From: a virus
Taxonomy: Duplodnaviria; Heunggongvirae; Uroviricota; Caudoviricetes
IMG/VR virus record: IMGVR_UViG_3300018493_000089
Location: 1-64,000 of that record
Length of the DNA: 64,000 nucleotides
Strand: one strand, 5' to 3'
Of this stretch, positions 21,381 to 30,722 are shown piece after piece; positions within the stretch are counted from its first letter, which is position 1, and each line of letters opens with the position of its first letter. The notes beneath the pieces were generated by a model that was given only the letters and a program-made list of their open reading frames with translations, had not been told where the DNA came from and searched no databases. The translations under genes and the position numbers were made by a program.

Positions 21381-22028
21381 TTAAAACTCCTCTTTAATCC
21401 TTACAATATCGTCTAGTTCAATTGTAGAACTTTCAATAATGACTAAATCTGTAATGGCTTTTACTTGATGAATTGTGCCAGCCGGAATTCTGATAGTGTC
21501 ACCAATATTTATACGAAACTCTTTTCCGTCTACTTTGGCAATCCCAACACCTTCAACAACATGCCATGTCTCATGTTTTTTAACATGATATTGTAGAGAT
21601 ATATTTAATCCTGCATCAATATGCAATCTTTTCATTGCATAGTTTTTAGTGATGTCCAGTAAATACTCTTTACCCCAACGCTTGTTGATTACAGTTAAAC
21701 TTTCGGCATCATCTTTAGATATCAAATAATTTGCATTACAACCCTTATCATCTATGTAAACATCTGCAGCGGGTTTGCCAAATCTCAGTTCATGCTATTT
21801 TACACCCCAATCAGATAATTGTTGCGTTGTAAGATCGAACCAATCAATTCCAGTTTCTGTGCCACGAGCAGTATAATAAACCACTTTATTTCCGTTATCA
21901 TACAAAGTGTTTGCCATTTGTATCATATCCATATATGGTTTTGCGTCCGCATAATTTTCTTCTTGACTACAGATAGTTCCATCAATATCAAAAATGTACT
22001 TTAGAGGTTTCGTATTTGAATTTTGCAT
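21381..22028 (-). CDS. HAD-family phosphatase fused to a cupin domain (join crosses in-frame TAG at 21795)
   Basis: HAD motif I FDIDGT...TARG and motif KPAADVYIDDKG lie on opposite sides of the TAG. A cupin region WGKEYLL...HVKKHETWHVVEG follows. Confidence 0.45.
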
Positions 22029-22656
22029 ATTCGTAATCCTCCTTTGTATCAATATCGATGGTTTGTTCTTCGGGAATTTCAATCAGTGCCAAATCGTCTT
22101 TCAGCATATATCCATCTAATTTAAATAATTCTTTATTAAAAATATGGAAGCAATGTGCGGCTTGATATAATGGATCAATTTCTTTTGTGGTTAATTTTTG
22201 ATAATCAATATCCGTTTTAACATTGATATCTTTATCCCAAAGCCAGTTTTGAAATCTTTTAACGCTTGTGCCATATTCTTTTTTGCTCGCTAAGAATTGG
22301 CCGATTGATGAAATAATAGTTTGTGGTGTTAGAAAAATGAGGCATGGATTTAGAAACATTAAGTATTTTTCTGGTACGCCAAGAATGTCTTTAAAAATAA
22401 ATCGTAATGGAGTTTCTGCTTCTGCTGTAGCAGGGTGACGAATAATAATTTGTACATTTGGATATTTTTTAGCAATATCAATTAACTCTTTGTCACAAAC
22501 CAAGACATATGTATTTAGACCATAATAACTTTTAATATAATCCAGTTTCTTACAACAGATTTCAAACATACAAGTATCACCAATTGGTAAAGTCTGTTTG
22601 TTTGGTAATCTCTGACTACTCAATCTTGCTGGCACAAAAATTCCTACATGTTTCAA
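21988..22656 (-). CDS. CMP-nonulosonic acid cytidylyltransferase (NeuA/PseF-like)
   Basis: N-terminal motif GIFVPARLSSQRLPNKQTLPIGD. Confidence 0.65.
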   Translation of the reverse strand: MKHVGIFVPARLSSQRLPNKQTLPIGDTCMFEICCKKLDYIKSYYGLNTYVLVCDKELIDIAKKYPNVQIIIRHPATAEAETPLRFIFKDILGVPEKYLMFLNPCLIFLTPQTIISSIGQFLASKKEYGTSVKRFQNWLWDKDINVKTDIDYQKLTTKEIDPLYQAAHCFHIFNKELFKLDGYMLKDDLALIEIPEEQTIDIDTKEDYEYAKFKYETSKVHF

Positions 22657-23471
22657 TATAAAATACCTCCTTTTTCTCGTGTGTATCTCCCGCCACTATT
22701 ATTGCAATAAAAACACGGCATATCAGATGTAAACTCTGCAGAAGTTACACTTTTTACAAAATCTAAATATTTTTTAGATGATAGCATTTCGGATAATTTG
22801 CTTTCTTTTAAATCACCTAAAATATATTTTTTTTGATTTTCACAATCGTTTCTCACATTACAGCATGGGCTAACTGTCCCATCATAATTAATTCCAATAA
22901 AATAAATAGGCTCATAACACGGAGCCTCTCTTTTTATCTTAGAATATTCTGTTAAATTACCTCCACGATCAGAAATATTTGCTGTTTCTAACCATGAGTA
23001 ATAATAGAGAATTGTTTTCTCATTGTATCTACCTACAAAATAATGGTCATATTCAATGATATCTGAAACATTCCATTTTTGTAATTGTTGCAAAACAAAA
23101 TCTCTGCCTTTATAATCGTAATCCATAATAGTTAATTCATCGACTAACATTGTTTGAAGAATTTGCTCATTAATATAATCGCCATTCGTGTTTGACACAA
23201 TTGTTGTATCAGGAAAATAATGTTTTATTAATTGCATTGCATCACGCAATTCTTCGTGATTTGAAAATGGCTCATTATAACGTGAAAATGAAAATTTTCC
23301 TTCATATCCATTAACTTTTAATTCTTGGAGGAGAGTGGTAAACACATTATAATTAAGCCATTCAATTTTACTTTTGCGGTCTATATAACTATTTGGACAC
23401 CAGTTGCATTTGCGATTGCAATAAGAAAATAATTCTATTTCCACCAATCTAAGTTTTGAAATAATATCCAT
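22653..23471 (-). CDS. radical SAM protein with C-terminal SPASM/twitch Cys cluster
   Basis: CNRKCNWC (Cx3Cx2C), later CYEPIY...SPCCNVRNDCENQ...CFYCNN. Confidence 0.65.
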   Translation of the reverse strand: MDIISKLRLVEIELFSYCNRKCNWCPNSYIDRKSKIEWLNYNVFTTLLQELKVNGYEGKFSFSRYNEPFSNHEELRDAMQLIKHYFPDTTIVSNTNGDYINEQILQTMLVDELTIMDYDYKGRDFVLQQLQKWNVSDIIEYDHYFVGRYNEKTILYYYSWLETANISDRGGNLTEYSKIKREAPCYEPIYFIGINYDGTVSPCCNVRNDCENQKKYILGDLKESKLSEMLSSKKYLDFVKSVTSAEFTSDMPCFYCNNSGGRYTREKGGILY

Positions 23472-23472
23472 T

Positions 23473-24168
23473 TTATTCAAATCCTTTTATCCATTGATTA
23501 AATGCTGTTTCATCGTTAATATATTTACTAGGTGTAACATCTTGATAATTATAAAAATTTTCAGATAATTGACGTTGATAATTCATGGTTGCATTTATCA
23601 ATTCACCTACATACTAAGTTGTATATTGTATAGTATATTTATCTACTAACAAACACCCTATATTTTTAGGCGGGATATAATTCACTACAGAATCAAGATA
23701 TAAATAGCGATATGATAATGGCGAAGATAATTTTAAAGATTGATAATAATCCATAAGATTCTATACACAGTCATTAGATATGATACATAAAACTTTATAG
23801 TCAGGAGATAATTCGCCATCATCCATTAAAAACCTTAAAGCAGCAACACGATGTCTACCTTCATACACATAAAAACATCCTTTATTTTCTATAGGGTAAA
23901 CACAAAGAGGGAAGTACATTCCTTTAGATAGTATCTCTTCACCAAAAGCTTTTTGCTTTTCTTTATATTTTTTTATAAACGGATTATCAATATTTTGGCT
24001 CCATATATCTTTGTCATTGTCAAGAGGGTCTGGAAATAAATATTGGATACTTATAAACTTGAAATCTAATATATTGCTGCGTATAAGGGGGCGTAAGGCA
24101 TAATATATATAATCCGAATGATATATTTTAGAAAATTGCTCTACAGAACAATTAATTCTAGTCAACAA
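23473..24168 (-). CDS. ParB/Srx-like nuclease-domain protein; C-terminal extension through 2 in-frame TAG
   Basis: Motif VYEGRHRVAALRFL. A 96-codon stop-free extension follows the TAG at 23761 and ends at TAA 23473, next to the following gene's start. Confidence 0.35.
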
Positions 24169-24182
24169 AATATCATCTCCTA

Positions 24183-24338
24183 TTATACTATTTTATTACC
24201 ATTAGAGTCATACCCTAACGCCGTTAAAAGATGTAGTACATCTAATAAAAACTCATCAGGCACTAATTTCACTTCAGTATTATTTTTATCACAAGTTCTC
24301 AGTCCTGCTTTTACTAATCTAAAATATAATTCTGCCAT
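24183..24338 (-). CDS. small hypothetical protein (MAELYFRLVKAGLRT...)
   Basis: RBS GGAGGTAA. TAATG overlap with the upstream gene. Confidence 0.3.
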   Translation of the reverse strand: MAELYFRLVKAGLRTCDKNNTEVKLVPDEFLLDVLHLLTALGYDSNGNKIV

Positions 24339-24670
24339 TATTCATTACCTCCAGACTTATTTATAAATGCTTCATAAATAGTAGCTTGAGCTTCCATAAT
24401 AATTAAATTGTCTGCTTTTTGAGACTCATATTGTTCTGCTATAGCCTCCATGATAACTAAAATGTTTGAGGGTTCTTGAAGTAAAGATTCAATACTAGAT
24501 AATTTATCTAATACAGTATTATCTTCGCTCTTTAATCCAATATCTATAAATTCACCTTCTACATATTTTTTATGAAGAACATCAAGTCCTGTTTCTACTA
24601 CATTCTCGTGGAATCCAGGATCACTAGCTATAAGAACACAGATATCATTTTCATCTAATATAGCATACAT
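24338..24670 (-). CDS. hypothetical protein
   Basis: ORF of 110 aa. Confidence 0.45.
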   Translation of the reverse strand: MYAILDENDICVLIASDPGFHENVVETGLDVLHKKYVEGEFIDIGLKSEDNTVLDKLSSIESLLQEPSNILVIMEAIAEQYESQKADNLIIMEAQATIYEAFINKSGGNE

Positions 24671-24717
24671 AATTCATGATACCTCCTTTAATAATATATA
24701 CGATAAGAACTATTACT

Positions 24718-25587
24718 CTATAGTTTCACAATATAAGGTATACCATCCACAGTTCTAATACATCCTTGACTAACTAAATAATTATAAAGATAGTAGTCAT
24801 TCTGTGTCCATAGTTCAGTTCTATCTAATCTAGGAGCTGGATTTAATTCTGCAGCATCTCCGTAACCATAAGACTTCAAAGAATTTGCTATATATAACTC
24901 TGTAGTTACAGTTCTTTTGAAACCCATAATTCTGCAACGAACATTCTGTATATCGAAGTCAGCTCCACTCGATGGCGTACCATAAGTGTTTACTATCATC
25001 GCAAGCTTGAAAGTTTGACCCGCATAACTGTTACCAAGCCCATAATTAGTATATATTTTATCATATGTTTTTGAAGTACCGGCGGCTATATTACTCAAAC
25101 TTTCCAATGAAAACATAGGGGAAAAATTCCCAGCACTATCTACTGTACCAGCATGAAATCTGAGAACTCCAGGGTTACTTCCTACATGAGTGTACTTACA
25201 GTCAACTCTTATTCCGCAAGTATCTGCAAGTATTTGAATGTCACCCAATACGACATATCCAGTATCTTGATTACATCTTGTGGCGGTAGATAAAAAATTA
25301 AATGTCTGACTTGCAGTTTTCACCAAATAATCATCAGCTCTCTTTAGTGGAGCAACATTTGCAGATATATTATTAATTAAAGTGTTTGCAGCCTCTACTT
25401 TAGTTTTTACAGTTGCCAAATCATTTTTAACACTAGATATATCATTTTTAACTCCAGATACATCAGTTCTCACATTAGACACATCAGTTTTAACTCCTGA
25501 TACATTTGTGTTAACTTCTTGTAATGTAGTTTGTTTCGCCATATCCATACTAGGATCTAAATCAAACTCATTTATTTTAGAAGACAT
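24718..25587 (-). CDS. tail fibre / receptor-binding-like protein with N-terminal heptad repeats
   Basis: RBS AAAGGAGG sits 8 nt before ATG. Repeats VSGVKTDVSNVRTDVSGVKNDISSVKNDLATVKTKV. Confidence 0.5.
   Translation of the reverse strand: MSSKINEFDLDPSMDMAKQTTLQEVNTNVSGVKTDVSNVRTDVSGVKNDISSVKNDLATVKTKVEAANTLINNISANVAPLKRADDYLVKTASQTFNFLSTATRCNQDTGYVVLGDIQILADTCGIRVDCKYTHVGSNPGVLRFHAGTVDSAGNFSPMFSLESLSNIAAGTSKTYDKIYTNYGLGNSYAGQTFKLAMIVNTYGTPSSGADFDIQNVRCRIMGFKRTVTTELYIANSLKSYGYGDAAELNPAPRLDRTELWTQNDYYLYNYLVSQGCIRTVDGIPYIVKL
25418..25530. repeat. about five imperfect 21-bp tandem repeats encoding 7-aa units inside the fibre gene
   Basis: Repeats acatcagttttaactcctgat / atatcatttttaactccagat etc. 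The antisense frame gives LTPDTSVLT repeats in the ORF track. Confidence 0.55.
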
Positions 25588-25602
25588 TTTTCATTCCTCC
25601 TT

Positions 25603-25640
25603 TTTAAAATAAAAGAGGGTAGTTAACCCTCATGAAATTT
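25603..25640 (-). terminator. terminator (GAGGGT-taac-tACCCTC + T-run) upstream of fibre gene
   Basis: Hairpin plus a T-tract on the minus strand. Confidence 0.5.
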
Positions 25641-25657
25641 TATTGTGTTTAGTTAAA

Positions 25658-25810
25658 TCACTCAGCGTAATCTTCGCCAGTGATTTCTTTGTATTCTTTT
25701 TTTGTCAGAGAATTCTTTTCGCCATTTTCAACTCTGATTACAAACTCATCTTTTGTTTTTACTCCTGCTTCATACAGGCGTTTCATACTCTCAATGATTT
25801 TAGTATTCAT
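25658..25810 (-). CDS. XkdX-family small phage protein
   Basis: MNTKIIESMKRLYEAGVKTKDEFV...KEYKEITGEDYAE matches the XkdX signature. TAATG overlap with the upstream gene. Confidence 0.55.
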   Translation of the reverse strand: MNTKIIESMKRLYEAGVKTKDEFVIRVENGEKNSLTKKEYKEITGEDYAE

Positions 25811-25995
25811 TACAGAACACCTTCTTCCATTAACATTGCTGTATATTCATCAATTGCAGCATTTGCGATTTCTTCGTTTGTCTTTGACACCATAGCCTCG
25901 ATACGATCTAACTGAGAAAGCTCAATAACTATTTCTTGTTTTACATCCACCCATTCTCCATTTTCATACTTTTTACCAAGTGGATTGAAATTCAC
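25810..25995 (-). CDS. hypothetical small protein (GTG start, no RBS)
   Basis: 61-aa ORF, offset by one frame from the upstream 73-aa ORF. Confidence 0.25.
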   Translation of the reverse strand: MNFNPLGKKYENGEWVDVKQEIVIELSQLDRIEAMVSKTNEEIANAAIDEYTAMLMEEGVL

Positions 25996-26213
25996 ATCAA
26001 CGCAGAAAGTGCACAGGTAGTTGTTGTGCTGTCGGAAGTAAGTGTTGTGATAATCCGCTGGACGGATTTAATGCAGGTTGCTGTAACTCCTACATTAAGA
26101 GTATTATTTAAATTATTGACCTTTCCTAAAATTTCTTCAGATGTACTCTGCATAGCAACTCCATCAAAAACAGAATCATCAAGAGATCCAGCCATAATTT
26201 TTGAAGAACCCAT
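25992..26213 (-). CDS. hypothetical small protein
   Basis: ORF of 73 aa. Confidence 0.3.
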   Translation of the reverse strand: MGSSKIMAGSLDDSVFDGVAMQSTSEEILGKVNNLNNTLNVGVTATCIKSVQRIITTLTSDSTTTTCALSALM

Positions 26214-26298
26214 ATCAATTCTCCTTTCTTAATATAAAAAAGAGGGATTGATATTAATCAACCACCTCTAAAATATTATAAATGTTCATTTATTGTAA

Positions 26299-26400
26299 TT
26301 ATTTATCCAGTTCGCTTTGAACTGTTTCTCTCCACTTTGCAGGCACATCATTAATGGTTTTAAGACCTTTTTTAATTAAATTAACATATAGTTTTACCAT
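26299..26400 (-). CDS. very small hypothetical protein
   Basis: 34 aa (MVKLYVNLIKKGLKT...). TAATG overlap. Confidence 0.2.
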   Translation of the reverse strand: MVKLYVNLIKKGLKTINDVPAKWRETVQSELDK

Positions 26401-26819
26401 TATTCTGCACCTCCTAAAATAATTTCTGCTAATTCAGCAACAGCTAACTGTGTGTCAACAGACTCCTGTGCGATACTGGCAAGTTTTGTTTCAGAATATG
26501 TTCTCTGTGCCATAGAAACAAAAATTCTTTTTTCAACAACAGCTTCTGTTTTCTCTGTAGCTTTTTGGATTTCTACTTCTTTTTTTACTAACTCAGCACG
26601 AATTGTATAACCTGTATGAATTGCTTTACTACCATCATCGCCAATAATAACAATAGATCCACAATTATCTTCTGTAAATACTGAATCAAGTTCATCCATA
26701 CTAAAACTGTCATTAAAAATAAAAGTTAATGTATCACGATTAATACCTTGTATATATTTTAATTCACCTGTCACTAAGATAGGTGTTAATTCTACTGCAT
26801 TTGTTAATACAATTTTCAT
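26400..26819 (-). CDS. hypothetical virion protein
   Basis: RBS AAAGGAGG sits 9 nt before ATG. Confidence 0.45.
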   Translation of the reverse strand: MKIVLTNAVELTPILVTGELKYIQGINRDTLTFIFNDSFSMDELDSVFTEDNCGSIVIIGDDGSKAIHTGYTIRAELVKKEVEIQKATEKTEAVVEKRIFVSMAQRTYSETKLASIAQESVDTQLAVAELAEIILGGAE

Positions 26820-26838
26820 GTTTGTTTACCTCCTTTTA

Positions 26839-28065
26839 TTAACCTAAGAATTTAATGATAACTGCACCAGGTTGTCCATTTGCACCATGACTTGAACCAG
26901 AAGCATTACCAGAACCGCCATTGCCACCTGTACCATAAGAACCAATAGAACAGCCACCAGATTGTCCAGATGCTAAATTTCCGTATGATGTACCTACAGC
27001 ACTACCTCTATTGAGACGCGTACCTACAAACTGAGCACCTGTGCCACCCTTACCACCTGCAACGGAGTATAAATTACCAAAAGATGTAGTTCCTCCTTGT
27101 TCGCCATTATAGCCACTTATATAAGTCGCAGATGAAACTTGTACATCTTTTTTCATACCTCTTACCCCTGCGGCGCCTATAGTAATTGTATATGATGCAC
27201 CTTTTGATAAAGTTGTAGTATATAAAGCACCAGAACCACCACCAGCACCACCATTTGCGCCTGCATATGTGGATTTATCAGAAGTTACTCTAATACCACC
27301 AGCACCGCCTCCACCACCACCATGTAATTCGATGGAGTACTGACCATCATCTGGTACAGTGAATGTGCCATTGGAAGTAAAAGTCCATGTATACCCAACA
27401 GGGGTGTCCGCAGATGAGAAAAACTTCCTTGCTACATTATCTACACCAACATGACTAACTTTTATTTTTCTAGAAACATTGTTTATACCTGTCTATTTTT
27501 TTTTAACTTTTCTAGACACACCAGTTGATGTATGTACAGTGATTGTTGTGCTATTTAAAAAATATGGTATATTAGCATCACACCATTCCTTTGTTGGTTC
27601 ATTCCCAGAACCGAAACAAGCAGTTAAATCAATCAACATTGGCTCTTTTCTATAAGTAACTGCAGAAGTATTTACTACGAAGTTTCTAAACACCCATGTT
27701 CCACTCACATCTGTAAATGCTTTTGTGTTTGATGTCATTTCCCAATTGTCGGTTTTCTAATGATATGCCCATACTGACAGACAATTTGCGTCAGAAGCCC
27801 AGTATTCAAATCTACCATCGCTAAATGTTGAGTTTACTGGTGCTTTAACCATACATCGAATGTAATAAATATGGTTAACAACAGGTGCATTTAACATAAC
27901 AGTGAAATGAGAGTCGCCACTAGCAACCGGAAATACAAACTCTTCATATGCATTCACAGATGGTAAAGTCGCACCACTTTTAGTCCAAGCAGAAGGTTGG
28001 GGAAGTAAATTGGTGAGTCCAATTTGAATCTCTGATGTACTACTAACATACATTCCTTTAGCCAT
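26839..28065 (-). CDS. Gly-rich tail fibre/spike protein spanning three track ORFs (2 in-frame TAG)
   Basis: SD GGCGGTGA before ATG 28065. Frame continuous through TAGs at 27757 and 27493 to TAA 26839. Gly-rich segments HGGGGGAGG...GGKGGTG...GGNGGSGN. Confidence 0.45.
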
Positions 28066-28077
28066 GTTCTCACCGCC

Positions 28078-29415
28078 TTATTCGTACACCAGATGGATAC
28101 AACCGTTGGCAAGGGCAGAGCCTGCACCGATATCTGTTGTGCCTTTGGTGATGTTGTGTTCACCGTAGATGTTGTAACTTTTTGCACTTCCATCAATAAC
28201 ATCATATAAAAACATAGAATTTTCTAACTAACCAGAAGCGTGATTGGTCAGAACCAAAGAACGTCTGTTATTATTATCGAATTTTACATCATATGCAACG
28301 GCATAAGTCTGTCCATTGTAACTACCGAACAAACCTAAACCATCAGATACAAATAAATCCCCGCCTCTCAGCGTTCCGCCTTCGGTTGTAAAGATTTCTT
28401 TCCAACCTGTCCATGTAATATTACCATTTGCTGTGTAGTGTTCAGCGAACCATCTTCTGCTAGTGTTTGCCGCTTCTAATGTTAAAGATGTTCTGCTATC
28501 CATAGACTTATAAATAATACAAGTTGCTGTTGTTGTGGGATATTGACTCGCATTATTGGAAGATGTAACATGAAACATTAACATTGAATTGTTCGGTAAA
28601 GACGCCATAATACCATCAATTGTTTCTTCACCTACAGTAATACCAATCTGCTCAAGGGATGTGTATGTTTTTAAATTTGAATCCATCACTCTATCTAATG
28701 GCAAACTATCTTTTCTAATACTGCGACCAGACATATACTCTTCTGTTTCATTAGTTTCAATTTGTTTAAACACTTCCATTGTAATTGTTGTTCCAATAGA
28801 AACACCTTCAGTTAAAACAACTTTCATACCAGAAACCACAAAGTCAGAATTTTTATGTAATACCAGTTGACCTTGATATACTTTTAATACATCAATTGCA
28901 TCATCAAATGTATCAAAGGGAACAATAAATTCTCTTTGTCCATCTTCTACTGCAACTAAAGTATCAATCATATATACCATTTTGCCATTAATGGGAATTT
29001 TATTAATTTCATTATCAACATACTCTTTGGTAGTTACAGTTTCTGCTAATCTATCTAATGGCATTGTGCCAACGCCAATATTAACACCAGATAATGCTGA
29101 TTCTTCATCTGCACTAACTACGGCTTTAAACACAATGATATCAATTGTTCTGCCCGCAGGAACACCTTCAAGCAAAATAACTTTTGTACCATCGATAATC
29201 TAATCATCTACAGCAGATAATTTCATACGACCTGAAAAAACCATAACTGTGTCTTTTGAGTAGTCAAATGTCTGCATTGGAATTATAAATTCTGTTTGAC
29301 CATTGAATTCTGCGGTGTGTCGAAAATCGTATTTTACTAAGTTACCACTGGTAGCAAGAATTTGTTTTTTAATTTTTTGAATCTCAACGAGATTCTTAAA
29401 AGCATCAATACTCAC
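28078..29415 (-). CDS. tail/baseplate protein with three internal ~45-aa repeats (2 in-frame TAG; GTG start)
   Basis: Repeats GQTEF..SGRMKLSAVDD*IIDGTKVILLEGV and GQREF..HKNSDFVVSGMKVVLTEGV align with TAG opposite Phe. TAG at 29200 and at 28228; TAA at 28078. Confidence 0.45.
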
Positions 29416-29447
29416 ATTAACTTACCTCCTTTATAAATAAAAAAGAC

Positions 29448-30659
29448 TCAAATAATCATTTCTGAGCCATACTCAAAGTTTTGGTTATTAAAACGTGTTT
29501 CAGTATCTTTTCTCTTGTATAAAACATAAATACCACTTTCATCATATACAGTAAACTCAGATGTGATCACGCCATTAATGTGAGAATTGTCAGTTAAAAC
29601 ATATTTAGCAACTACAATAGATTCATCGGAGGCTAAATGTGCTTGCAAAGTATATACAGGTTCAATATCAGTAAATACAACAACCACATCTTCTCTTTCA
29701 AAATAATGTTGATAAATCCATTGTTGAACACTCTTGCCAGTAGCATCTTTTACATAAGCAGCTCTTGTTTCTGGGTACATGGGAGTGTATTCGCCATCAC
29801 TGTTTTTTGTTTTCATTAAAATTCTACCATCTTCTTGTAGGTGTAACCATAAGCCGCCTTCTTCTAAGTTTGACATAGGGTTTTCGCCATAAGAAACTTG
29901 TAGTAAAATTTTCATTTTAACCCAATATGTAGATCCATCAATAGGGCGAGTATTAATATTGGGCTGCAAACAATACCACATAAAACCATCACAGGAAACC
30001 ATATGATATTGTTCGTATTCAATATTATTTACCCATTCACCTCTAGGGGATAAGCCTAAACCAGTGTCACCAGTATCACCTTTGTCACCTTTATCGCCTT
30101 TTAATGCGGCAAGCTGTTCAGGTGTAAAGTCTTCATATCTAAAAGGTTCACCTTTATCGCCTTTATCACCTTTGTCACCTTTATCGCCTTTCATGGAGAT
30201 TTGAAGATATTTGTCTGGTGTTTCAATAGGTGTTTCTCCGGCAACAATACCATCACCATATACTAAAAAGTATTGTCTGATTCCATCTACAGGATATCTC
30301 ACAACATCAAATTTATTTAATAAATCATCACCATTAGCAGTAGAGGACATTGTAGGAGTCCAGTCGCCTTTCAGATTACCAATTCTGAAAATTTTGTCTT
30401 GGATATTATCATAAAAATATCTTTCTACAGCTACGATTGAGTGATACATTGTCATTAGTTTATCTGCATTAATAATGCATTCCATTAAACTGGGGTTTGC
30501 ATTTAGCAGTTCAATTGCTGAAGCTGTTTGCCCACCAGCAATTAATGAATTATACTGAGCAATCAGATTTACTTCAGATGCAGAGGGATCTCTCCAAGCA
30601 ACATTTTTACTGACTTGCTCTGGAAATTGCGTATGCGTTAAATCAGGATAAGTTACGCT
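29448..30659 (-). CDS. collagen-like tail fibre protein (TTG start)
   Basis: Gly-X-Y tracts KGDKGDKGDKGDKGEP and KGDKGDKGDTGDTG. Confidence 0.55.
   Translation of the reverse strand, partial: SVTYPDLTHTQFPEQVSKNVAWRDPSASEVNLIAQYNSLIAGGQTASAIELLNANPSLMECIINADKLMTMYHSIVAVERYFYDNIQDKIFRIGNLKGDWTPTMSSTANGDDLLNKFDVVRYPVDGIRQYFLVYGDGIVAGETPIETPDKYLQISMKGDKGDKGDKGDKGEPFRYEDFTPEQLAALKGDKGDKGDTGDTGLGLSPRGEWVNNIEYEQYHMVSCDGFMWYCLQPNINTRPIDGSTYWVKMKILLQVSYGENPMSNLEEGGLWLHLQEDGRILMKTKNSDGEYTPMYPETRAAYVKDATGKSVQQWIYQHYFEREDVVVVFTDIEPVYTLQAHLASDESIVVAKYVLTDNSHINGVITSEFTVYDESGIYVLYKRKDTETRFNNQNFEYGSEMII
30065..30195. repeat. 9-bp tandem repeats (tttatcgcc / tttgtcacc) encoding collagen-like GDK triplets
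   Basis: Direct repeats visible in the sequence. Confidence 0.5.
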
Positions 30660-30680
30660 CAATTCCGTCAACTCCTTTAT

Positions 30681-30711
30681 ATAAAAATACCCAGCAGTTT
30701 TTTCTGCTGGG
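30681..30711 (-). terminator. terminator (CCCAGCAG-aaaaaa-CTGCTGGG + T-run)
   Basis: 8-bp perfect stem. Confidence 0.55.
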
Positions 30712-30722
30712 ATGTATTAATA

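Noticed and set aside
25382-25612. Plus-strand ORF with LTPDTSVLT repeats
   Set aside because: It is the antisense reading of the 21-bp tandem repeats in the minus-strand fibre gene.
27954-28205. 83-aa minus-strand ORF overlapping the Gly-rich fibre gene start
   Set aside because: It is out of frame with the continuous TAG-bridged gene and has no RBS.
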